In this document: positions 45,856 to 55,154 of the stretch, piece after piece
Position numbering within the stretch: the first letter of the stretch is position 1
Layout: every line of letters begins with the position of its first letter
Virus record (IMG/VR): IMGVR_UViG_3300012953_000015
Coordinates: 64,001-128,000 of that record
Reading direction: 5' to 3' (one strand)
Origin: a virus
Length of the DNA: 64,000 bases
Made by a program: the position numbers and the translations under genes
Notes under the pieces: model-generated
Told to the model about the DNA's origin: nothing
Databases searched by the model: none
The model's input: only the letters and a program-made list of their open reading frames with translations

Positions 45856-47036
45856 TATCTGAATTTTTTAAAAATGTTATTGCTAGGACAATTGACAAAT
45901 TTTGGCTAAATTCATATAAGCATTACGATTTTTTTGAAAAGTCTCAATGGTGGTCTGAAGAAGAATTTAGAAAATTTCAGCTAGATTCATTAAAAAAACT
46001 AGGAAGCAAAATAGATCTTCAAATTGAATCTTGGGATGATTTTGAAAGACTTCCGTTTATGTCAAAAACAGAATTAAGAAATTTCGAAAAGCCTACTGAT
46101 AAACCTTACCACGTTCATAATACTTCTGGCTCGACCGGTTATCCACTTTCTATTTATCTTACTCATGAAAATTGGGGAATGAAGGAGGGAATGTTTCTTC
46201 GTCATTGGGAATGGATGGGAAGAAAGAAAGAAGATCTAGTTTTAAGATTAATTTCAGGAGAACCAAAATTTTCTAAATTTGATCGGTTAAGGAATGTAAA
46301 ACCGATGAATTTTAGAGACTTAAATGATGATAAGATAGACTGGATAATTGATAATCAACCGAAGTTTATACATTGTACTGTATTTACCGCTAGGCAAGTT
46401 GTTCAATTACTAAAAAACAGAGATAGATTAGAAGTTCTAAAAGATATTACTCTTTGGTGGACAAACGAAAACACAGGACCACATTATGAAGAGATGTCTA
46501 AATATTTTAAGGATATCTATCATGGATATGGTTTAGCTGAATTGACTCCAGTCGCAACTCAATGCGAATTTGGTGAACTTCATATTATTGAAGAGATGGC
46601 TATTGTAGAAGAAATTGATGGCAAAATAGTCGTCACTAACCCATTCAACGAAGCAATGCCAATTATCAGGTATCAAACAGGCGATACTGGTAAAATTGTT
46701 AGTTCATCTTGCCGTTGCGGTAGAAAATCAAGAATCATAAAAGATCTCAAGGGTAAAGGCGTAGATTTTTATGCTGGTCCTGAATTTAAAATTCCGATCG
46801 ATTGGTTAGTTGTAAGTCCGATTTCTAAAAAATATATAGATTTTATCGACACCTGGAGAGCAGAAGTAAAAGTTAGCAAAAAGATCTTAGAGCTTTCTGT
46901 AAAATGGAAATCTAAAGAAGTTTCCAAAATGGAGTGGTATGCTGATTGGCTAAAAGAAGAATACGATCTCAATCTTATAATTAAAGATTATACCGGCGAT
47001 TTTCCGGATAAACAATTATTAAGGGTTTTAGATTGA
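45852..47036 (+). CDS. Adenylate-forming enzyme, CapK/phenylacetate-CoA ligase (PaaK) family
   Basis: LPFMSK, TSGSTG.P, YGLAE, MPIIRYQTGD, C.CGR. Confidence 0.82.
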   Translation: MISEFFKNVIARTIDKFWLNSYKHYDFFEKSQWWSEEEFRKFQLDSLKKLGSKIDLQIESWDDFERLPFMSKTELRNFEKPTDKPYHVHNTSGSTGYPLSIYLTHENWGMKEGMFLRHWEWMGRKKEDLVLRLISGEPKFSKFDRLRNVKPMNFRDLNDDKIDWIIDNQPKFIHCTVFTARQVVQLLKNRDRLEVLKDITLWWTNENTGPHYEEMSKYFKDIYHGYGLAELTPVATQCEFGELHIIEEMAIVEEIDGKIVVTNPFNEAMPIIRYQTGDTGKIVSSSCRCGRKSRIIKDLKGKGVDFYAGPEFKIPIDWLVVSPISKKYIDFIDTWRAEVKVSKKILELSVKWKSKEVSKMEWYADWLKEEYDLNLIIKDYTGDFPDKQLLRVLD

Positions 47037-47668
47037 AAAAAGAAGACTGCTTGTTTGAGATAACTTATTTAAGACATGAAGAGGAAATAGTTAAAAGTCG
47101 AGCAAAATCAATTGCTCAAACCCGGATTGATATCGGGAAGAGACTAGGGAAAAAATTTCCAATCGACGCTGATTATGTTATCCCAATGCCCGAAACAGCA
47201 GTCTTCAATGCAATCGGATATCATCTAGAAACAGGAATACCTTATTGTTTGGGAGTGTATAAAACTCGACCAAAGATAAAAACTCTCTTTATCGATGATA
47301 GAGAAGTTACTTTAAAAGAGACTATGATAACAGTACCTCAAATCATAGAGGGAAAAAGAATTGTTATAGTAGATGAAACAGTTATCAGCGGTCTTACTTT
47401 AAAAGTTAATATTGAAAAAATAAGAAAGCACAACCCAAAAGAAATTCACTTAAGGCTAGTGATAGCTCCAATGACTAGGACATGTCCATCTTCAGATTTT
47501 GGCGAAGATTGGGTTTTTGCTATAAATGAAAACAATAATTTAGCCGAATTTTTTGGAGTTGACTCTATAGAGTGGCTGTCTCCTGAAGATTACGAAGATT
47601 TTGTAAATTGCTCTTATTGCTTTGGGGGAAAGTGTGACAACAGTAAAATGGTTAAAACTAAATTTTGA
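47033..47668 (+). CDS. Stand-alone PurF-type phosphoribosyltransferase domain (no glutaminase domain)
   Basis: CLFEITY, ADYVIPMPETA...AIGY, GKRIVIVDETVISGLT, KEIHLR, GVDSIEWLS, CSYCFGG. Confidence 0.78.
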   Translation: MKKEDCLFEITYLRHEEEIVKSRAKSIAQTRIDIGKRLGKKFPIDADYVIPMPETAVFNAIGYHLETGIPYCLGVYKTRPKIKTLFIDDREVTLKETMITVPQIIEGKRIVIVDETVISGLTLKVNIEKIRKHNPKEIHLRLVIAPMTRTCPSSDFGEDWVFAINENNNLAEFFGVDSIEWLSPEDYEDFVNCSYCFGGKCDNSKMVKTKF

Positions 47669-48722
47669 TGAAGAGGATGTCTCTTCTGTTACTGATTTAT
47701 TAAATTCTCAATCTACGATTTGTGGATTTTCCGAAGTAGTAGATCAATTCGAAGAAGCATGCAGCGCTTATTTCGGTGTTAAACATGCGCTAGCTTGTGC
47801 TAATGGCACTGTAGCTATATTCATAGCATGCGAAGCTTTACAACGATTTTATGATAAAAAGTTCAATTACGGAGTTCCAACTTGGAGTTATATAGCTCCA
47901 GCTAATGTCGCTGACTACGTTGGGGAGTTAACGTTAATAGATTCTGAAATAAACTCTCACAATGTAGAAGTTAACAACGTAGATCTCGGTGTTGTAGATG
48001 CTTTAATTCCTGTTGACATGGCAGGCATTCCTGTTGATTATGATTCTATAAAAAAATTAAACATTCCCGTAGTAGCTGATTGCGCTGAGTCACTTGGATC
48101 TAAGTACAAAGGGGAACATTCATGTTCGTTAAGTTTAGTGTCGACAACAAGCTTTCAGGATGCTAAGATAATAACAACTGGCGAAGGTGGGATGGTTTTC
48201 ACAAATAACGATGAAATTGCTAAAATTTGTAAACTTTTAATCAACCAAGGATATGGACCAAGCGGTTACGATATGCATGATCATATTGCTAAAGGTTTTA
48301 ACTTCAGGATGTCAGCGCTACAAGCTGCTTTAGGAATATCACAACTGAAAAAGATAGAAAAGTTTTTATCACTTAGAGAAAATACTGCTTCTATCTATAG
48401 GGAAAAACTCAACAAGTTAGTTGAGTTTCCAATCATTAGTGAAGATGTTATTTCAAACAATTACTCTTTCTTAATAATGTTGGACAGTAAGACAGAACGA
48501 GATAAGTTAAAAAACTTTCTTGCAAGCAAAAACATTCAAAGCAAATTATGGAAGCCAATCCATCTGTATGGTCTTTTCAAAGATCAGGGGAGTTTCACAA
48601 ATGCAGAGTATATTTTCGACCACCATTTGAGATTACCAATTCATAACAATATGAGAGATGAAGAAACTGAGTTAGTTTGTAGAGAGATAAAAAAATGTTT
48701 GGAGGTAATTAGAAATGATTGA
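47634..48722 (+). CDS. DegT/DnrJ/EryC1/StrS PLP-dependent sugar aminotransferase
   Basis: ANGTVA, DCAESLG, SFQDAKIITTGEGG (catalytic Lys), GFNFRMS.LQAALG, LRLPIH. Confidence 0.9.
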   Translation: MTTVKWLKLNFDEEDVSSVTDLLNSQSTICGFSEVVDQFEEACSAYFGVKHALACANGTVAIFIACEALQRFYDKKFNYGVPTWSYIAPANVADYVGELTLIDSEINSHNVEVNNVDLGVVDALIPVDMAGIPVDYDSIKKLNIPVVADCAESLGSKYKGEHSCSLSLVSTTSFQDAKIITTGEGGMVFTNNDEIAKICKLLINQGYGPSGYDMHDHIAKGFNFRMSALQAALGISQLKKIEKFLSLRENTASIYREKLNKLVEFPIISEDVISNNYSFLIMLDSKTERDKLKNFLASKNIQSKLWKPIHLYGLFKDQGSFTNAEYIFDHHLRLPIHNNMRDEETELVCREIKKCLEVIRND

Positions 48723-49092
48723 TCGAGATAATGATATCGAAGTTGTCTGTGATTTAGATCACACCCTATATCGCCACCCATTGATAACTAGAACACTTTT
48801 TAAGATTTCTTCTTTTTTTCATAAATTAGCTTTAAAATTTGTTGTTATAGACGAATCTGTTCTAGAACAAATAAGAGGTAAGAAAATAGTGATCATGACC
48901 GGGCGAGACGCTGTTCATGATAAAAAAACTATAACTAAAAACTTAGAAAGAGATGGTATACACTACGAGCAGTTACGTATGTGCCCTCGTTTTGACTTAG
49001 TTTTAGATTGGAAAATAGATTATATTAAAAAAATGAAAGAAAAAAATCAAGACCTTGTTTGGTTAGATGATGATAAACCTGCAAGCTTTTAG
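48715..49092 (+). CDS. HAD-family phosphatase
   Basis: CDLDHTL, MTGR, K, LDDD. Confidence 0.7.
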   Translation: MIDRDNDIEVVCDLDHTLYRHPLITRTLFKISSFFHKLALKFVVIDESVLEQIRGKKIVIMTGRDAVHDKKTITKNLERDGIHYEQLRMCPRFDLVLDWKIDYIKKMKEKNQDLVWLDDDKPASF

Positions 49093-49102
49093 TGGAGAAA
49101 AA

Positions 49103-50332
49103 ATGAAAATATCATTTATTGGTTTAGGAAAATTAGGATTACCTTTAGCATGCTGTTTAGCTGCATCTGGTAGAAAGATCCTCTGTGTTGATAAGAATGA
49201 GCACGTTTTAGATACTTTAAAAAGGGGACAGCTCCCATTTTTTGAACCAGGTTTAGAAGACTTATTAAAGAAAGCTGATAAAAATTTAATAGGATTTACA
49301 GATTCTTACTCTAAAGCTATCGAAGAGACAGATGTTAGTTTAATACTGGTAAATACTCAGCTAGGCGATGATGGATATGCTTCAGATTTTGTAGAAGCAG
49401 CATTATCAGATATTGCAATTAATCTTAGAGATAGTGATAAGCCTTACCATACAATTGTTTTATCTTCCACTGTTTTACCAGGAACTATAAAAGATAAACT
49501 TATCCCTTTGGTAGAAAATATATCTAACCGAAAGTATAAAGAAGGTTTTGGTTTTTCTTACGTTCCAGATTTTGTCAGATTAGGGATGGTTATAGAAGAT
49601 TTTAAAAATCCGGAGTTTTTTTTGATAGGTTCTAATTGCAAAAAAGATTATAAGATTACTAAGAAAATTTTTAAAGATCTTCACGAAAACAAGCCTCCAC
49701 ATTACAGTCTAACTTTAGAAGAAGTAGAAGTTGCAAAGGTAGCTTTAAACGCTTTCATAGTTAATAAAATTACTTTTGCAAATTTCTTAGGCCAACTTTG
49801 CGATGAGCTTGAAAATGTAAATGTTCATAATATAACAGAAACTATAGGTAATGACAAAAGGATATCTCCTTTCTTTTTTAGCTCTGGAGCTCCTTATGGA
49901 GGTACTTGCTTTCCTCGGGACACTTGGGCGTTTATACGCTTCGCAAAAGATAGAGGTAAAGAAGCGAAAAACTTAATCTTCGCAGAAGAAGTTAATGAAA
50001 TGGTTTATCAAGATATCTTTAAAAAAGTTTCAAAGTATAAAAAAGTTGGCATTTTAGGAGTATCTTTTAAACCAAATTCTCCAGTAACAATTGGATCTCC
50101 ATCTGCTAGACTAATCAAAGAGCTTAAGAGGGATGGAAAAGAGGTTTATACGTATGATCCAATCCCGGAAGTTTACAGCAATCTTCGATTAGACGTCAAT
50201 GAATGTTCTTCAATCGAAGATTGTTTAGAGAAATCTGAAGTAGTTGCCATAATGCATTATGACGAAAGGTATAAAAAAGTATCAGATTCGAGTTCGAAAA
50301 TTATTGATGTTTGGGGAAATGGAAGAAAGTAG
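49103..50332 (+). CDS. UDP-glucose/GDP-mannose 6-dehydrogenase family
   Basis: IGLGKLGLP, STVLPGT, YGGTCFPRD, LGVSFKPN. Confidence 0.92.
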   Translation: MKISFIGLGKLGLPLACCLAASGRKILCVDKNEHVLDTLKRGQLPFFEPGLEDLLKKADKNLIGFTDSYSKAIEETDVSLILVNTQLGDDGYASDFVEAALSDIAINLRDSDKPYHTIVLSSTVLPGTIKDKLIPLVENISNRKYKEGFGFSYVPDFVRLGMVIEDFKNPEFFLIGSNCKKDYKITKKIFKDLHENKPPHYSLTLEEVEVAKVALNAFIVNKITFANFLGQLCDELENVNVHNITETIGNDKRISPFFFSSGAPYGGTCFPRDTWAFIRFAKDRGKEAKNLIFAEEVNEMVYQDIFKKVSKYKKVGILGVSFKPNSPVTIGSPSARLIKELKRDGKEVYTYDPIPEVYSNLRLDVNECSSIEDCLEKSEVVAIMHYDERYKKVSDSSSKIIDVWGNGRK

Positions 50333-50338
50333 GAGAGT

Positions 50339-51184
50339 ATGCACAGTATTATTTTAACTATTCACAATGGAGAAAGATGCCCGTTTGGAGGAAAATTTCT
50401 GTTAGAAAGAGTTTTAGAAGGAATCATAGAAAATACAGTTGGTGATTACGAGCTATTATGTATGCTAGACGGCTGTACAGATAATTCGAAAAAAATTGTT
50501 GAAAGATATATTCAGGATTTCAATCATCTAAAAATTCGTCCAATTGTAACTCCTGATATATTTGAACTGCGGACTAATAACGTGGGTTTTAAAGCGTCTA
50601 AAGGAAAATATGTAATTGTCGTTCAGGATGACCAGATCGTTACTGAGAAGGGATGGAACGCTAGAATGCAAGAACCATTTGATTTCTTTGATGACGTATT
50701 TGCAGTGACTGCTAGGACTGCTCATAATTGGATAATTAATCCAAGTAGCATAGATTTGGGAAATGATAACGTAGACGAGACAAGGTTTTGTGATATTTTC
50801 GAATCTGCGGATGTTACTAGCGGATATCCAGCAAGCAATATCAACATCGATAGGAATACATTTGCAGTAAGGGGAACTGTTAACCGTGGACCTCTGATGA
50901 TGGATTTAGAAGACTTAAAGGCTGTAAATTATTTAGATGATAAATTTGCTCCTTGCGATATGGATGATCATGATCTAATGTTTAGAGTTCATAAGCAGCT
51001 TGGAAAAGTTTGTGGCTTATATCGCGTTGGAGTTGAGTCTGATCATAGATGGAGTGGTTCAATGCAAAAAGGTCCACCGACCTGGGGATATCGTTCTCAT
51101 TTTAAAAATTGCCGAATATTTTACGATAGAAATAAAGATATTCTTTTACAAAGAAGAATAGTAGAAAACAGGAGATTAAAATGA
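50339..51184 (+). CDS. Glycosyltransferase family 2
   Basis: LDGCTDNS, KGKYVIVVQDD, YLDDKF...DDHDL. Confidence 0.8.
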   Translation: MHSIILTIHNGERCPFGGKFLLERVLEGIIENTVGDYELLCMLDGCTDNSKKIVERYIQDFNHLKIRPIVTPDIFELRTNNVGFKASKGKYVIVVQDDQIVTEKGWNARMQEPFDFFDDVFAVTARTAHNWIINPSSIDLGNDNVDETRFCDIFESADVTSGYPASNINIDRNTFAVRGTVNRGPLMMDLEDLKAVNYLDDKFAPCDMDDHDLMFRVHKQLGKVCGLYRVGVESDHRWSGSMQKGPPTWGYRSHFKNCRIFYDRNKDILLQRRIVENRRLK

Positions 51185-51876
51185 TTGATTTAGAACGTAA
51201 GTTTTTATTCATTCACATAGGAAATTCTGCCGGCACTAGCATAGAGAAATCTTTATCTAATGAAACCACTTACTTTACCCCTTTTGGCAAACGACCTGGC
51301 GGAGCTCATTGGACTTATTGGAAGAAAAAAGAGTGGTTTAAAGAATCCGAAAATACCTACACCAAGAATTTGGATTTTACTTTTGAAGATTTATATAAAT
51401 TTGTAATTGTTAGAAACCCTTGGGATAGGATGGTTTCTAAATACATGCATGAATCGCAAAACGTTGAAGTTTTCACCCAACATGTTTCTGATGGTTTGAA
51501 AGGTGGTCCGGATTTTATTAGTTTCTTAATGCATATTAAGGAAAATAACGTGCAAGATCAAGATCTTCATCTTTCGCCAAGTTTAGATTGGTTTCCACCA
51601 GAAGAAATGGATAAAATAATTATTTTTGACAATCTTCAAAAAGGTTTTCAAGAAGCAACGAAAGAGATTGGTTTAGAAAAAGCGTTAGAAGATATTCACC
51701 CAGGACTTACTAATGGCTCTTGGAAAAAACCTGATAGAAATCTTGATAGTTTTGGAAACCCAAGAAAACATTACAGTCTTTATTATAACGATGAATGTAT
51801 AGAGTACGTCAGGGAACGTTTTAAGAAAGACATTGATTATTTCAACTTTGAATTTGATGATAAGAGGCAGAGATGA
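51181..51876 (+). CDS. Sulfotransferase family 2-like protein
   Basis: FIHIGNSAGTSI, VRNPWDRMVSKY, YY......V...F..DI.YF.F. Confidence 0.75.
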   Translation: MIDLERKFLFIHIGNSAGTSIEKSLSNETTYFTPFGKRPGGAHWTYWKKKEWFKESENTYTKNLDFTFEDLYKFVIVRNPWDRMVSKYMHESQNVEVFTQHVSDGLKGGPDFISFLMHIKENNVQDQDLHLSPSLDWFPPEEMDKIIIFDNLQKGFQEATKEIGLEKALEDIHPGLTNGSWKKPDRNLDSFGNPRKHYSLYYNDECIEYVRERFKKDIDYFNFEFDDKRQR

Positions 51877-52238
51877 AAAATACTACAGAAATACCCATAA
51901 AATTTGTTCCTAAAGGGTGGGGCTTTGAAAAGTGGATAGTAAACTGCGAAGAATACTGCGGTAAACTGTTATATTTTGCTAAAGGTAAAATGTGTTCTTG
52001 GCATTATCATGAATTAAAAGATGAAGTTTTCTACATCCAGAGTGGAAAAATTCTAGTAAAGTATTCTGATGAAGACGACATTACGAAAGCAAAAGAGAAA
52101 ATACTCGGTCCAGGAGATAACTTTCACGTGTATAGGGGGTTGAGGCATAGAATGATAGCATTGCAAGATACAGAGCTTTTTGAGTTTTCTACTCAGCACT
52201 TCGATTCAGATAGCTATAGAATCGAGAAAGGAGATTAA
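51873..52238 (+). CDS. Cupin sugar isomerase-like protein
   Basis: KGWGFE, SWHYH..KDE.FYI.SG, H, EFST.H. Confidence 0.75.
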   Translation: MKNTTEIPIKFVPKGWGFEKWIVNCEEYCGKLLYFAKGKMCSWHYHELKDEVFYIQSGKILVKYSDEDDITKAKEKILGPGDNFHVYRGLRHRMIALQDTELFEFSTQHFDSDSYRIEKGD

Positions 52239-52239
52239 T

Positions 52240-52992
52240 TTGAGTCACATATGTATATCTTCGTATTTTGGAGGATTAGGAGATTCCTTACAGTTTTCAA
52301 CTTTACCTGAACTTTTTACAGAAGCTGGAAGAGACGTTTTCGTCTGGGATAAAGCGTACTTTAGAAATCCCGAAGTAAAAGAGTTAGTCTGGGATTGTAA
52401 CCCTTTTATAAAAGGAACTGCTCCAGGGGTTTGGAATGCTGGCGATCTTCCCGGATTACACAAGCCTGTACATGAAAATTGTATATCTAATTGGGAAATT
52501 CTTCATGGTTTTGAACCCACAAATATCTATCCTAAAATATACTATGATATAGAATATCAAAGTGGTTACGAAGATGTTGTGTTAGTAGATTTCTCAAGTA
52601 TAACTCACAAATATGATAAAGAAAAAATAGAAAATGCTTTCAAAAAAATAAGAGAAAGTGAATTTTCTGGTAAAAAAGTTGTACAAGTTGCTTTTAAGAA
52701 AGATTTAAATAAAAAAGGAGCTCCCCCGGGAAGATCTAACGATGGAAATTTTCATTTCTACGATATTTGCAAAGATAAAATAGAGATCAACTCTCTTTTC
52801 GAGTACTGCAACTTAATTGGTTCTTGTCACGGGATGATAACTACTTATAGCGGCGCTAGCCCTTTAAGCTCTGCTTTAAAGAGGCAAAATAAAAATTTAA
52901 GAAGTATTTGTATAATACCAGAAGAGCAATATGAAAATGATAAGAAAAGATCTATTTTCATATTTGATAATATTGAATACAATTTAATTTAA
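52240..52992 (+). CDS. Putative glycosyltransferase (GT-B-like)
   Basis: GGLGDSL.FS.LP, NPFI, SGA; TTG start after SD AAGGAG; glycan-island context. Confidence 0.5.
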   Translation: MSHICISSYFGGLGDSLQFSTLPELFTEAGRDVFVWDKAYFRNPEVKELVWDCNPFIKGTAPGVWNAGDLPGLHKPVHENCISNWEILHGFEPTNIYPKIYYDIEYQSGYEDVVLVDFSSITHKYDKEKIENAFKKIRESEFSGKKVVQVAFKKDLNKKGAPPGRSNDGNFHFYDICKDKIEINSLFEYCNLIGSCHGMITTYSGASPLSSALKRQNKNLRSICIIPEEQYENDKKRSIFIFDNIEYNLI

Positions 52993-53003
52993 AAGGGAGT
53001 TAA

Positions 53004-53978
53004 ATGAAATATCTAATAACTGGAATAACTGGTTTTGCTGGGCCTCATCTTGCTAACCTTCTTCATTCTCATGGCCATGAGGTGTATGGTTTAGTTAGGT
53101 GTAGCAACGGAACAGAAAACGATATAAGAGATGTAGTACCAGATGAAGTTTTTAACGAAATTGGTTTCTTATACGCTGATCTTCAAAACTTTAGAGCAAT
53201 CAGCAACGTAATGAGGAATAATCGTTTTGATGGTGTTTTTCATTTAGCTGCGCAATCTCACCCACCGACAAGCTTTCTAGACCCGGTAGGTACCTTTGAG
53301 TGTAACGTTATGGGAAGTATAAACCTTATACAAGCTATAGAAGATAATCAACCAGATTGTCGATTAATGTTTTGTTCTACTTCTGAAGTTTATGGTAACG
53401 TTGGAGCTGATGGAAGAAAGATAGTTGAAGATGACGTTATTTTTCCAGCTAACCCTTATGGAGCTTCTAAAGCAGCGATAGACCTTTATATGCAGGAAAG
53501 AATGCACAATGGAAAAATCAAAGGTTTTGTAACAAGAGCTTTCTCTCACACGGGAACCCGAAGGGGAAAAAACTTTTCTATATCTTCAGATGCATATCAA
53601 GTAGCTAGAATGATCAAAGGATATCAAGATAAAGTTTTGTTAGTTGGAAACTTGGATTCTGTAAGAGTCGTAATTGATGTTAAAGATACAGTTAATTCTT
53701 ATTATCTTGCTATGATAAATGAAGACTGCATGGGTAAAGTTTTTAACGTTTGTGGCGACGATCCAAAAAGAATGCAGTTTTTTAGTGATAAACTGATTGA
53801 ACTTTCCGGGTTAAAAGGGGTGACCAAGAAAGTTCATCCTCCTTTTTATCGACCAATTGATATACATTATCAACACGGAGATTCTAGTAAGATCTCAAAT
53901 TTAACTGGTTGGAAAGTCAAAAGAGATATTGAAGACACTCTATCAGACTTGATAAAGTATTGGGTAGACAAAATCTAA
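53004..53978 (+). CDS. GDP-mannose 4,6-dehydratase/NDP-sugar reductase (extended SDR)
   Basis: ITGITGFAG.HL, HLAAQS, STSEVYG, PYGASK, GNLDSVR. Confidence 0.88.
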   Translation: MKYLITGITGFAGPHLANLLHSHGHEVYGLVRCSNGTENDIRDVVPDEVFNEIGFLYADLQNFRAISNVMRNNRFDGVFHLAAQSHPPTSFLDPVGTFECNVMGSINLIQAIEDNQPDCRLMFCSTSEVYGNVGADGRKIVEDDVIFPANPYGASKAAIDLYMQERMHNGKIKGFVTRAFSHTGTRRGKNFSISSDAYQVARMIKGYQDKVLLVGNLDSVRVVIDVKDTVNSYYLAMINEDCMGKVFNVCGDDPKRMQFFSDKLIELSGLKGVTKKVHPPFYRPIDIHYQHGDSSKISNLTGWKVKRDIEDTLSDLIKYWVDKI

Positions 53979-54370
53979 TGATCACGGTTTTTACTCCTGG
54001 TTGTTTTGATATACTTCACCATGGTCATATAGAACTTTTTAAATATTGTCGTTCGATTGGTGATGAAGTTATAGTTGGTTTAAATAGTGATGATAGCATA
54101 AGAAAGATTAAAGGTTCTAACAGGCCCATTAACAACTTAAAAAGCAGAATTTCTGTTTTAAACTCTATAAAATATATTGACAAAGTGATTGTTTTTGAAG
54201 AAGAAGATCCATATAATTTGATAAAAAATATCAACCCAGATATTATGGTTAAAGGTGGAGACTACAAAGCAGAAGACGTCATTGGAAAAGATTTATGCGA
54301 AGTTAGGATATTTAGTTACATCGATGGCTACTCAACAACAAAATCAATACAACGTTTTAATTCTAGGTGA
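53978..54370 (+). CDS. Heptose-1-phosphate adenylyltransferase (HldE domain II/HldC-like)
   Basis: GCFDILHHGH, GLNSD.S..IKG..RPIN, KGGDY, GYSTT. Confidence 0.88.
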   Translation: MITVFTPGCFDILHHGHIELFKYCRSIGDEVIVGLNSDDSIRKIKGSNRPINNLKSRISVLNSIKYIDKVIVFEEEDPYNLIKNINPDIMVKGGDYKAEDVIGKDLCEVRIFSYIDGYSTTKSIQRFNSR

Positions 54371-55094
54371 TGTTTGTAAAGACATATACATTTTCGGAGA
54401 ATGTTTAAGACTAAGTCCGGAAGCTCCAGTTCCCGTCTTAGATCAGAAGTTAGTAGAAGAACGTTTCGGTATGGTTGCTAATGTAAGAAGCAACTTTGAA
54501 AATATGTCTCCAAATTCAGAAATATCTTATTTAACTCACGATTCGAACTTATCCGTGAAAACAAGATTTGTAGATTCGAGATCGGGTCAACAAATTATGC
54601 GTCACGACGTTTCTCAAAAGATACCAGAATTAGGTTTAGAAAAGATTAAAAATAAAAAGTATGACGCTATCATTATATCAGACTACAATAAAGGTTTTAT
54701 AAGTAATAAAACTGTTGAATTTTTAAAAGATCTTAAGTCTCCAATATTCGTAGATACGAAGAAAAGAAATTTAAGTAGCTACTCAGGTTGCTATGTTAAA
54801 GTCAACGAATTTGAAGATAAAAAAGCTTACAATAAAAAAGGGTGTGAATTAATTGTGACCCTAGGATCAAAAGGCGCTCTATACAATGGGGTTAAGTACC
54901 CAACCGATATAGTTGAGGTTCACGATGCATGTGGAGCTGGTGATGTTTTTTTAGCTAGCTTAGTATCTCGTTGGTTAGAAACTAGAGATTTAGACGTTTC
55001 TATAAAAACTGCGAATAAATGTGCTAGTTATAGCGTTACCAAAGTTGGTTCTTACTCTTTGACTTTAGAAGAATATGAAAAACTAAAAGTTTAA
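54324..55094 (+). CDS. Heptose-7-phosphate kinase (HldE domain I/HldA-like, PfkB family)
   Basis: RLSPEAPVPV, KTRF, ISDYNKG, VDTK, DACGAGD. Confidence 0.85.
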   Translation: MATQQQNQYNVLILGDVCKDIYIFGECLRLSPEAPVPVLDQKLVEERFGMVANVRSNFENMSPNSEISYLTHDSNLSVKTRFVDSRSGQQIMRHDVSQKIPELGLEKIKNKKYDAIIISDYNKGFISNKTVEFLKDLKSPIFVDTKKRNLSSYSGCYVKVNEFEDKKAYNKKGCELIVTLGSKGALYNGVKYPTDIVEVHDACGAGDVFLASLVSRWLETRDLDVSIKTANKCASYSVTKVGSYSLTLEEYEKLKV

Positions 55095-55097
55095 ATT

Positions 55098-55126
55098 TTG
55101 TAGTTTTCTTAAAACACTCATATTAT
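55098..55126 (+). promoter_or_regulatory. Sigma70-like promoter
   Basis: TTGTAG-N17-TATTAT upstream of the Fpg gene. Confidence 0.45.
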
Positions 55127-55154
55127 TAATAAATAATGAAATAGGAGTGTCAAA

